Source: a virus (taxonomy: Duplodnaviria; Caudoviricetes). Taken from it: DNA of 41,898 bases. A program made the position numbers and the translations under genes. Shown piece after piece: positions 33,858-41,790 of the stretch (position 1 is the first letter of the stretch; the number at the start of each line of letters is the position of its first letter). The notes beneath the pieces were generated by a model. That model made no database searches. It saw only the letters and a list, made by a program, of their open reading frames with translations, and had not been told where the DNA came from. The stretch is taken from positions 1-41,898 of the IMG/VR virus record IMGVR_UViG_3300037440_000669; one strand, 5' to 3'.

Positions 33858-36304
33858 CCGTCATCAGCCTATGGGTGGGTGCGCTTAGCCACGGGGGTGC
33901 CCGCGTCCGGGCCAAGCTCAGCGGCGTGACGTCCGCACGGCTGGCGGTCGACACCGACGCCGCTTTCTCCGCCCCGGTGTTCTTCGGTCCTGCTTCTCCG
34001 ACCGGCGACGGGGTTGTGAGCATCGACGCCTCGGGGCTCGATCCCGGCGGCACGTACGTTTTCGCGATCGAGGAAGACTCGGTCCTCAATACCGGCACAA
34101 CCGGCCGGTTCCGCACCGCACCGGTCCCGGCCGGGCAGCCGGCGTCGTTCAGCTTCATCGCGTCGGGTGATGCCGGGCTCACACCGGACTTCCCGGACAC
34201 GACCGGCCTGGTACTGGCCTCGGCCAGGATTTCGAACGCACCGACCTTCGACACCATCCGCGAGCACCCGTCCGATCCGCTGTTCTTCATGCATTTGGGC
34301 GACCTGCATTACTACGACCTGGGGTCTGGGTCTCACGGGATCGTCGGCGGCGGCAGCTTGGGCAACTACCGCCGCGCGATCGACGACGTGCTGCTGCAGA
34401 GCCGCCAGCATGAGCTGTACCGAAGCGTGCCGCTGGTTTATATGTGGGACGACCACGACTTCGGGCCGAACAACTCGGACGGGACGCTGTCCACGAAGGG
34501 CAACGCGGCCACCGCGTATCGGGAGCGGGTGCCGTCGTACGCGCTGCCCGATCCTGGTGCGGCCTATCAAAGCTTTCCCATCGGGCGGGTTCTGTTCGTG
34601 GTGCTCGACACGCGGTTCTACCGCTCGCCCAACGGGGCTGCGGACGGCCCGTCCAAGACGATGCTCGGATCGAATCAGAAGGCGTGGCTCGCGCAGCTGC
34701 TGAGCGAGTCGACGGCCGAGGTCATGGTCATGGTGTCGTCTGTCCGGTGGATCAACGGGTCGAGCGACTCCTGGCCGGGTTTCGCGACCGAGCGGCAGGA
34801 GATCGCCGACTTGCTGGTGTCTACCGGCTGGGCTGACCGTATGGTCATGATCAACGCGGATGTGCACGCGTTGGCGTTCGACAGCGGCGCGAACAACGAC
34901 TGGGGCGGGTTTCCGGTCTACGTGGTGGGCTCGGTTGACGCCACCCCGTTTTCTCCTACCCCGAGCAGCTACGACCGGGGTGCTTCTGTGGAGCGCGACC
35001 AGTACGGTGGCTTCCAGGTAACGGACAACGGCGCGTCGATAACTATCACTGCACAGGGCTACCTGGGCACGACGGCCGTGATCAGCCACACATTTGTCAT
35101 TGGTGCCACAGACCCGGAGCCACCCCCGCCGCCGGCGCCGCCTGCCGGGCTTCCCACAGTTGCGGTGGCGACCGTCCGCAGCCGGGTGGTGTGGCTGGGC
35201 TGCGACCTGGTGTCCGGTCGTATGATCGCGCAGCTGCACGACGTGGCAGCCACCCCGAGCCGGGTGCTGGGGGCATACACCTCCACCGAGGCGGTGTTGC
35301 CGATCCCGCTGGGCGGGCCGGCGGCGCTCGGGCCGCTGGCGTTCCAAGCGACCGAGCCGCCCCGGACCATGCTGGTGCTGGTTGTCAACGACCTGCCGGT
35401 GTACGCCGGCATACCGCTGCCGCGTGAGGGTGGGACCGACCCGACCCTGCAGCTGGGGCTGATGTCGATCGAGGGCTACCTGGAGCACCGGTTCGTCCGC
35501 GACCACGTTTGGGTGCAGCAGGACGAGGCGTCGGTCATCGCGGCCGGGCTGTTCGCCGACGCCGCTGCTCTGCCCGGAATCGGCGGTGAGGGTATCGGTC
35601 TGATCGTCGACGCGCCGCCCACCGGCACCCGGCGGGACCGGACGTACAAGGCCAGCGACCACAAGTCGGTGTACGAGTCGTTGCAGGAGCTGATGGCCGT
35701 TGAGGGCGGCCCGGAGTGGACGATCGACCTGGATTGGGCCGACGCCGCCGCCCGCAACACGGTTTCGAAGATCGCCCGCGTGCGGCCACGCATCGGTGTC
35801 GCGGCCTCCCAACCGTCGGCGCTGTTCGTGACCACCGCCCGGTCGGTGTACGGGTCGACCGGCCAGGCCAACGCCCGGTACCGGTACAAGGAGGATTTCG
35901 GCGGCGGCCGCTACGCCAACGTGGTGCAGGCGTACTCCAGCGGTGAGGGAGACGACCAGCCGCACTCGGACCTGGCCGTGGACACGGCCGCGTTGGCCGC
36001 TGGTGTGCCGATCTGGGAGCGGCACTACCAGCCGTCCTCCAGCATCACCAACCTGGCCACCCTGAACGCCCATGCGCGGGCCGAGCTGGGCCGGCGGCGT
36101 CTCGGGTCGCGGCTGTGGGCGATCGAGGCGCGGTGGGACGCCACGCCCCGCTACGGGATCGACTGGCGCCTGGGCGACGACGTGGCCTGGCACCTGGTGG
36201 GGCACCGCCACCCGGACGGTGTGCGCGGCCAGGGCAGGGCGGTCGGGTTCGAGCTGGACACCGCCCGCGGGGTGATCGTCCCGATCTTGGAGGGGGAGGA
36301 GTAG
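33854..36304 (+). CDS. PhoD-like metallophosphoesterase fused to tail hub (Tal/Gp37-like) protein
   Basis: FN3-like N-terminus, HLGDLHYYD, WDDHDFG.N, LDTR.YR, TMLG..QK.WL, DSW.GF..ER, ADVH. Pro linker, then hub domain ending W.LGD.V. Confidence 0.82.
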   Translation: MTVISLWVGALSHGGARVRAKLSGVTSARLAVDTDAAFSAPVFFGPASPTGDGVVSIDASGLDPGGTYVFAIEEDSVLNTGTTGRFRTAPVPAGQPASFSFIASGDAGLTPDFPDTTGLVLASARISNAPTFDTIREHPSDPLFFMHLGDLHYYDLGSGSHGIVGGGSLGNYRRAIDDVLLQSRQHELYRSVPLVYMWDDHDFGPNNSDGTLSTKGNAATAYRERVPSYALPDPGAAYQSFPIGRVLFVVLDTRFYRSPNGAADGPSKTMLGSNQKAWLAQLLSESTAEVMVMVSSVRWINGSSDSWPGFATERQEIADLLVSTGWADRMVMINADVHALAFDSGANNDWGGFPVYVVGSVDATPFSPTPSSYDRGASVERDQYGGFQVTDNGASITITAQGYLGTTAVISHTFVIGATDPEPPPPPAPPAGLPTVAVATVRSRVVWLGCDLVSGRMIAQLHDVAATPSRVLGAYTSTEAVLPIPLGGPAALGPLAFQATEPPRTMLVLVVNDLPVYAGIPLPREGGTDPTLQLGLMSIEGYLEHRFVRDHVWVQQDEASVIAAGLFADAAALPGIGGEGIGLIVDAPPTGTRRDRTYKASDHKSVYESLQELMAVEGGPEWTIDLDWADAAARNTVSKIARVRPRIGVAASQPSALFVTTARSVYGSTGQANARYRYKEDFGGGRYANVVQAYSSGEGDDQPHSDLAVDTAALAAGVPIWERHYQPSSSITNLATLNAHARAELGRRRLGSRLWAIEARWDATPRYGIDWRLGDDVAWHLVGHRHPDGVRGQGRAVGFELDTARGVIVPILEGEE

Positions 36305-37005
36305 TGGAGGGCAGGTTCGATCACGTCTTCTCCCCAGCTGATGTGATGCGGCGGCTGGCCGAGCTCGAGCGGCAGCTGCGCCGGGAGCAGACAGCGCGGC
36401 GGCTGGAGGCGGCGCACATCGGCGCCGGCGGGGTGACAATCACCGGCGGTGCGGTGAAGATTCGCAACGCCGCCGGCGACCTCGTGGTGCAGATCGGGTT
36501 GCTGCCCGACGGCACCTACGGGGTGGCTGCGATCGACCCGGCCACCGGGCACCTCGTGTCGCTGTCCACGTTGGCGTTCGGGATGCGCGCGGTGGTCAAC
36601 AACGAGGTGCTGTCGATCACCGCCACAGATTGGGCGGACCCAGACGTCGGCGACCCGGGCCCGACAATCACGGACCTACCAGTCGGCACGTCAGGGCGCT
36701 GCGCCGTGTGGCTGTCAGCCACGCTGCGCCCGGGCATTCCTGAGGAACAGGTCGGCTCCGTCGAAATGTCGTTCGCGGTCTCCGGCGCTAGCTCGCGGCA
36801 GGCTGGCACGACCGGGATACTAGGCCTGGGCCGGGGGTCCTCCGGGACCGGCAACTTCGACACCACAGACGGCGACCTGGGCAACGCGTGCCTCCTGGAG
36901 GGGCTGTCGCCGGGGCTCCACACCCTGCACGCGCAGTACCAACTGACGGTCAACGCGTCCACGTCGTTTGTGATCCGCCCAACCCTCATCGCGATCCCGT
37001 TCTAG
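36304..37005 (+). CDS. Minor tail protein
   Basis: GGAGG RBS; N-terminal coiled coil RRLAELERQLR, then beta-rich domain. Confidence 0.7.
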   Translation: MEGRFDHVFSPADVMRRLAELERQLRREQTARRLEAAHIGAGGVTITGGAVKIRNAAGDLVVQIGLLPDGTYGVAAIDPATGHLVSLSTLAFGMRAVVNNEVLSITATDWADPDVGDPGPTITDLPVGTSGRCAVWLSATLRPGIPEEQVGSVEMSFAVSGASSRQAGTTGILGLGRGSSGTGNFDTTDGDLGNACLLEGLSPGLHTLHAQYQLTVNASTSFVIRPTLIAIPF

Positions 37006-37014
37006 GAGGTTGCC

Positions 37015-38013
37015 GTGGCACGTTGGACTGACCTGGCCCGCTGGGTGGGGCCGTCGCCGAACAGGACTGCCGGCGGCATGGTGGAGGTGCGCGGCCTGGT
37101 GCTGCACATCGCCGTCGGCTGGTATGACGGCACGATCGCCTGGCAGCTCAACCCGGACAGCGACGTGTCGTCGCACTTCATCGCCGGCCGCGACCAGGGC
37201 GAGCTGGCGCAGATGGTCGACACCGCCGACCGGGCCTGGACGCAGGGCGACGGCAACGGCCGGTGGCTCTCCTCCGAGAACGAGGGGTTCCTCGCCTCCG
37301 ACAGCCGCAACCCGGGCGGCTGGGAGCGGCTGTCGAGCTGGCAGGTCGAGGCCAACGCGCAGCTGTTCGCCCGCGGCCACCTCGAGTACGGCTACCCGCT
37401 CAAGGTGGCCGACCACCCGGGCGAGCTCGGCCTGGGCCACCACTCGATGGACCGGGAATGGCTCGACGAGCAGTGGGGGCACGACCAGTGCCCTGGTGCG
37501 GCGATCGTCGCACAAAAACCGGAGATCGTCCGCCGGGCGATCGAAATCGTGGAAGGAAGCGGTATGCCACTCACGGACGCGGACGCACGGCTGGTCGCTC
37601 GGCACGTCTGGAAGGACGACGTCGTGAGCTCCCCGGTCAGCGCCGCGACTCACAAGAGCAACCCGGAATGGCAGGCGGAGTCGTACCTGGCCTCGATCCG
37701 GAACCACGCGGTCTGGGCACGTGACGACATCAGCGCGCTGCGGGAGCTGGTCGTGGCCACGCTGGCGGCCCGCGAGGACCTCGATACCGGGCAGATCCTG
37801 ACCCGGCTCGACGAGCACGCGGCCGCGGCCGCAGCCGCACGGCAGGCGCAGACGGACCAGATGGAGGCCACCCTGGCCAGGATGGGCCCGGAGCTGGCCG
37901 AGGAGCTGCGGGAGGTACCCGTCGACCGGGTCGAGCAGGCGTTCGTGAACGTGCTGTCGCGGGTCGCGTTCAGCGTCGCCCCGGCTGGGAGCTCCGTACC
38001 GGAGCCGCAGTGA
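37015..38013 (+). CDS. Endolysin, N-acetylmuramoyl-L-alanine amidase (Amidase_2)
   Basis: AGGAGG RBS; VLHIA, SSHF, AW.Q..GN, S.ENEG, GHH and CPG motifs. Confidence 0.9.
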   Translation: MARWTDLARWVGPSPNRTAGGMVEVRGLVLHIAVGWYDGTIAWQLNPDSDVSSHFIAGRDQGELAQMVDTADRAWTQGDGNGRWLSSENEGFLASDSRNPGGWERLSSWQVEANAQLFARGHLEYGYPLKVADHPGELGLGHHSMDREWLDEQWGHDQCPGAAIVAQKPEIVRRAIEIVEGSGMPLTDADARLVARHVWKDDVVSSPVSAATHKSNPEWQAESYLASIRNHAVWARDDISALRELVVATLAAREDLDTGQILTRLDEHAAAAAAARQAQTDQMEATLARMGPELAEELREVPVDRVEQAFVNVLSRVAFSVAPAGSSVPEPQ

Positions 38014-38324
38014 CCGCGGACATCCCGCACGGCTCGGTGGTCGTCACCCCGACCGAGATGTACCACGAGCTGCGCAACGTCGGCGACCAGTTGAAGCGGC
38101 TGGTGGCGGTGGTCGACCCGGCGATCGCCGAGGTGCGCCTCGACGTCGCCGAGAACAAGGCCACCATCCACGCGGCGCGCTCGGAGTTGTGGGGCGAGGT
38201 CCGCGCCCTGGACAAGCGGTTGCATGCGGTGCAGGCCCGGCTGTGGTTCGCCGCCGGTGCGGCGGTGGCGCTGGGCGGCACCGGCGGCTGGATCGCATCC
38301 ATCCTAACTGGAGGAATGACATGA
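38010..38324 (+). CDS. Lysis-cassette coiled-coil protein with C-terminal TM
   Basis: GTGA overlap with the endolysin; terminal hydrophobic helix. Confidence 0.65.
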   Translation: MTADIPHGSVVVTPTEMYHELRNVGDQLKRLVAVVDPAIAEVRLDVAENKATIHAARSELWGEVRALDKRLHAVQARLWFAAGAAVALGGTGGWIASILTGGMT

Positions 38325-38605
38325 ACGGTAAGACGATCACCGTAGGTGCGGTGCGCAAGGCGATCGCCTCGGCGCTCGGGGCCGGGCTGATTACGTTTTT
38401 GGCCGGTCTGGCCGAGGGCTTCGACTGGCGGGTGGCGCTGGGCATGGCGGCCGCGGCCGCGGTGCTCGCCGGCGGCGGCACCTATGCGGTGCCGAACAAG
38501 CCGACCGGCACCGAGCTGCGCAAGCAGCTGGGCACGGCGATCGCCGACGGACGGCTCGCTGCCGGTGACGTGCGGGCGACCCTCGAGCGGGCGACGGGCA
38601 GGTGA
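38321..38605 (+). CDS. Holin
   Basis: GGAGG RBS; RKAI...two TMs...TYAVPN. Confidence 0.75.
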   Translation: MNGKTITVGAVRKAIASALGAGLITFLAGLAEGFDWRVALGMAAAAAVLAGGGTYAVPNKPTGTELRKQLGTAIADGRLAAGDVRATLERATGR

Positions 38606-38829
38606 ACGCACGGGCACAATGGCGCCTGGTGTTCTTGGCGCTGACCGGGCTGGCGGTCGGGATGGAGCTGTGGGGCGCCTACGACGGGAACCCCGCGACC
38701 GACCCGTGGACGTACCTGCTGGTCGACTTTGGGCCTGCGCCGTTGACGATGGGCGCCGCCGCCGTCCTGTGCGTGTGGCTGCCGATGCACTTCGTGCGGT
38801 CGTACCGGGACCGGCGCTCGCCGGCGTAG
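38602..38829 (+). CDS. Small two-TM lysis-region protein
   Basis: TM-E...PWT-TM-WL..HF. Confidence 0.65.
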   Translation: MNARAQWRLVFLALTGLAVGMELWGAYDGNPATDPWTYLLVDFGPAPLTMGAAAVLCVWLPMHFVRSYRDRRSPA

Positions 38830-38846
38830 CTTCCCCCTGAAAGACT

Positions 38847-38886
38847 GCGGCCCCGGTCCTCCCAACGTGGGAGGGACCGGGGCCGC
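38847..38886. terminator. Bidirectional hairpin between convergent genes
   Basis: gcggccccggtcc/ggaccggggccgc stem with inner ctccca/tgggag. Confidence 0.8.
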
Positions 38887-38897
38887 TGTCGTGTGTG

Positions 38898-39803
38898 TCA
38901 GGTGGTGAACCGGGTCCACCTGCGCCGCGTGGCGCGTAGCACGCCGGCGCCGGCGGCGAGCAGCACCGTGCCACCGAGCAGCAGCAGCGGCAGTGGGGCT
39001 CCGGTCTTGGGAAGCCCGCCGCCGTCGCCATCGCCGTCCTGGCCGTTGTCATCGCCATCGCCGTCCTGGCCGTTGTCGCCGTTGCCGGCGGGCAGGGTCT
39101 CGCAGGCGATCCCGTCGCCGTCGGCGTCCAAGCCGTGCGGGTCGGACGGGTCGGCGTCGAGTACCGCCTGCGCCTCCGGCTGTGTGGCGAAGTCGGCGCA
39201 GTTGAGGTCGTCGCCCGGCGGGGGGCTCTGGCCGCCGGTACCGTCATCACCCTGGTCGGTGCAGCCTTCGGCCGCGTCGAGCAGGGCGGTCTTCTCGGCC
39301 TGGTCGACCGACAGCGACCATTCGACCTTGACGGCCACGTACGCCTGGACGTAGGTGCAGACCGCGGCCTCGTTCGGGGGTAGCCATTCGGCCGCGTCGT
39401 CGTCGCCCTTGGACTGGTTGAGGTTGTCGGTCATCAGCCAGAGGTTCGAGGTGTCGCCGGTGAATTGGTCGCGCTGGCTGTCGCTCCAGCCGTTGGCGCC
39501 GGAGTCCCAGGCTTCGGCCAGCGCGACGATGTGGTCGACGTCGACTTCACCAGCGTCGGTGTAGCACTGGTCGTCGGCGAACGAGTAGTACCCGTCGCAG
39601 TCTGGCCAGTCGGCGAGGTTGGCGTCGAGCTGGGCTGGCCGGTCGAAGTCGCCGAACAGGTCCCGGTCGTAGCCGGTGCGGTCCTCCACGGCGACGTTGA
39701 GGCTGTTGATGTCACCTGGGAGGTCCGCCTGCGCTGGCCCGGCTAGGGCGAGGGCGCCTGCGGCCAGGCCGAGGGCCGCCGCTGCGGCCAACTTCTTGAT
39801 CAC
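38898..39803 (-). CDS. Secreted, sortase-anchored DUF1524/HNH-type nuclease with Excalibur Ca-binding domain
   Basis: GAGGAG RBS; signal peptide ending AQA; DVDHIVALAEAWDSGA, NL.....N.SKGD, EWLPP; DLNCADF...LDADGDGIACE; LPKTG + TM + RRR tail. Confidence 0.88.
   Translation of the reverse strand: MIKKLAAAAALGLAAGALALAGPAQADLPGDINSLNVAVEDRTGYDRDLFGDFDRPAQLDANLADWPDCDGYYSFADDQCYTDAGEVDVDHIVALAEAWDSGANGWSDSQRDQFTGDTSNLWLMTDNLNQSKGDDDAAEWLPPNEAAVCTYVQAYVAVKVEWSLSVDQAEKTALLDAAEGCTDQGDDGTGGQSPPPGDDLNCADFATQPEAQAVLDADPSDPHGLDADGDGIACETLPAGNGDNGQDGDGDDNGQDGDGDGGGLPKTGAPLPLLLLGGTVLLAAGAGVLRATRRRWTRFTT
39025..39077. repeat. 27-bp-period tandem repeat (DNGQDGDGD linker)
   Basis: tcgccatcgccgtcctggccgttgtc occurs twice. 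Confidence 0.8.
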
Positions 39804-39884
39804 TCTGTTCTCCTCTCGCGCGCCGGCGGCTGTCGCCGGCGTTTGCTCCCCTGTGAGGTCATCGTGACGCCTGGGGACCGTATC

Positions 39885-40172
39885 TCACTCTGTGTCACGT
39901 TCGCTACCGTCTGTCCGGTCCACTACGGGTGGGCCTTCCGGGTGGCAGAGCAGGTCACCTGGTGAGGTGTGCGTCCGCGGGTGGTACACGGTGGCGATGA
40001 TGATCAGCCCATCTGTGCGGGGCTCGGTGCGCGTCGACTCGAGCACGTCCCAACCCTCCCGGCGCAGGATCTTCGCCTCCTCCCAGGCCGTTTGCCGGTT
40101 CGGCCATGGCCGGGAGCAGGTTTCCGCCGCGTCAGCGGCGGTGATGCGCGGTTCGCCGATCGTGTCCGCCAT
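39885..40172 (-). CDS. Hypothetical protein
   Basis: AGGGGGG RBS before ATG 40172; lies between the leftward promoter and the nuclease gene. Confidence 0.6.
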   Translation of the reverse strand: MADTIGEPRITAADAAETCSRPWPNRQTAWEEAKILRREGWDVLESTRTEPRTDGLIIIATVYHPRTHTSPGDLLCHPEGPPVVDRTDGSERDTE

Positions 40173-40267
40173 GGACCCCCCTACGGGTTGGCCGGCCTGG
40201 CCGTCGACGCCGGGCAGCGAACGAGGCCAGGCCGGGTACCCCCAGAGCCACCCGGGGGACAGGCGGG

Positions 40268-40297
40268 AACCTATATCATGGGCGTGACATAGGTCAA
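40268..40297 (-). promoter_or_regulatory. Leftward housekeeping-type promoter overlapped by an inverted repeat
   Basis: TTGACC (40297-40292)-N18-TAGGTT (40273-40268); ACCTAT (40269-40274) and ATAGGT (40289-40294). Confidence 0.65.
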
Positions 40298-40361
40298 GAG
40301 GAGCATCGACATGCAGCAGGTCGTCGTGGCAGACTCGCCCGTGCCACCCGGGGAGTTGACC

Positions 40362-40604
40362 ATGCCACCACGCAGTCTCACCTACCGCGAGATCGCAGAC
40401 GACATCCATACCCGCATTGCCAGGTCGGAGGCCGGTTACCGGCCCGGTGACCAGCTGCCGTCGTACGCGGGCCTGGCCGAGCTTTACTCGGTCAGCGTGT
40501 CGACCGCGGCGCGGGCTGTCGGGTTGCTCACCGACCGGGGGGTCATCGAGTCGGTGATCGGCCGCGGCGTGTACGTGCGTGAGCCTGACGCCGGGCGGAA
40601 GTAG
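40362..40604 (+). CDS. GntR-family winged-HTH-only regulator
   Basis: YREIADDI..RI.....PGDQLPS...LA..Y.VS..T..RA...L...G.I....GRGVYV. Confidence 0.9.
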   Translation: MPPRSLTYREIADDIHTRIARSEAGYRPGDQLPSYAGLAELYSVSVSTAARAVGLLTDRGVIESVIGRGVYVREPDAGRK

Positions 40605-40606
40605 CT

Positions 40607-41221
40607 GTGTGGGTAGTGGTCTACGTGCCGGCCGGGCCGCGGGCCGACCGGCACCGGGAGGCCTGCACCGCGCTCTGCGCCTGCAACGGCTGGGGCATCA
40701 GCGCGATCACCTCCGACCCGAGCGAGGCAACGGCCCTACTCGAGGGCGGCACAGCCCGTCGGGTGGTGGTAGCCCGGGACGCGCACCTGCGGGACCTGCT
40801 GCCGGCCGCAGTTGTGGTCGTTCGCCCGCCGCCGGGCCGGCCCTGTGCGGCCGCCCCGGTGCTCGCCGCCGGCGCCGCGGCTGTCCTGGTCCGGCGGGTA
40901 CGCGACCACCCGGTCATCACCGCGGCGGCGGCAGCCGCCGCGGCCGGAATGCTGCTCCTACCCTCGGTCGTCGACGAGCGGGACCGCCCGCCGGCCGCCG
41001 CCCCGCCGCCGCCGCTCGAGGTCGTAACGCTGCCGCCCACCGCGCCGCCGGTGACCTCTGCGCCACCGCCCACGGTGCCGGCGCCCGTCCCGCGCCCTGA
41101 CCCGCTGGTGACCCCGGCCCCGGTGGCGCCAGAGGCCGACCCTGGCGGCGCTGCCGGTGAGTTGCCCAACTGCCTGACCGTACGGCTACTCGATGTAACC
41201 CTAAGGGACTGCCTCGGATAG
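40607..41221 (+). CDS. Membrane protein with a degenerate resolvase-like N-terminus and Pro-rich tail
   Basis: VVVYV...C...C..NGW....G.A..VVVAR..HL, then a TM and a Pro-rich segment. Confidence 0.55.
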   Translation: MWVVVYVPAGPRADRHREACTALCACNGWGISAITSDPSEATALLEGGTARRVVVARDAHLRDLLPAAVVVVRPPPGRPCAAAPVLAAGAAAVLVRRVRDHPVITAAAAAAAAGMLLLPSVVDERDRPPAAAPPPPLEVVTLPPTAPPVTSAPPPTVPAPVPRPDPLVTPAPVAPEADPGGAAGELPNCLTVRLLDVTLRDCLG

Positions 41222-41308
41222 CGGCTTGGCTGAGAACGCGTGTACGTCACCCGAGCGTGCACGGAAGTTCACCTCCTCGACCGCTAGACGTGATCATGCC
41301 GTAACGCA

Positions 41309-41671
41309 ATGCTCCCGGTCATGTCTGTTACCCGATGGATACTCAGCGGCACAGTCGTCGTCTGGGTGGTCTACCTGACCGCCACTATGTCCGGAGTGCG
41401 GCCGCTGCCGGATACCCCGGCCCGGCCTGCCATCCTGGCTGCCCTGGCTGTGGCGACCGTGCTGGTCGGCGCGGCTGCTCTGATCGAGCATGCCGTGCGA
41501 GAGGTGGAGGCGTGCGCCGGCACCATCGCCTACCGCGCCGGGTACCGCGCCGGCTACTCGGCCGGCTCAGCCGGCCGGCCAGCGACCCCACGGCCGTTAG
41601 CCGGCCTCGACGGTGCCATCGTCGACGCCGGGGTCCGCATCAGCCGCCGCCTGGGTACCGGCGACGGTTGA
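41309..41671 (+). CDS. Two-TM membrane protein
   Basis: Two hydrophobic helices; YRAGYRAGYSAG repeat; in-frame TTA at 41597. Confidence 0.6.
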   Translation: MLPVMSVTRWILSGTVVVWVVYLTATMSGVRPLPDTPARPAILAALAVATVLVGAAALIEHAVREVEACAGTIAYRAGYRAGYSAGSAGRPATPRPLAGLDGAIVDAGVRISRRLGTGDG

Positions 41672-41673
41672 GG

Positions 41674-41749
41674 AGGGCCGGGGCGCTGGCGGCCCGGCTA
41701 CCCTGGCGATCGAGGCGACCTCCCGCCGCGAGGCAGGTGGGTCGCCTCG
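41674..41749. terminator. Two tandem hairpins next to attR
   Basis: gccggg/cccggc hairpin, then a cgaggcgacc/ggtcgcctcg 10-bp stem with gcc-GCGA-ggc cap. Confidence 0.65.
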
Positions 41750-41751
41750 CT

Positions 41752-41790
41752 GCTGTTAGCCGACCTGCACCGTGGTCTCCGGTGGCGCGT
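41752..41790. other. attR (core GTGGT 41772-41776)
   Basis: Phage/host junction; DprA coding resumes in the core. Confidence 0.88.

Larger units (their letters stand above)
107..41776. mobile_element. Complete temperate prophage (siphovirus-like) inserted in dprA
   Basis: Bounded by the GTGGT direct repeat (107-111, 41772-41776). Joining the flanks restores in-frame DprA. Contains integrase, switch, replication, packaging, head, tail and lysis modules. Confidence 0.95.

Noticed and set aside
41597-41599. In-frame TTA codon suggesting bldA-type control
   Set aside because: One codon in a poorly characterised ORF. Host genus is unknown and TTA codons were not scanned systematically.
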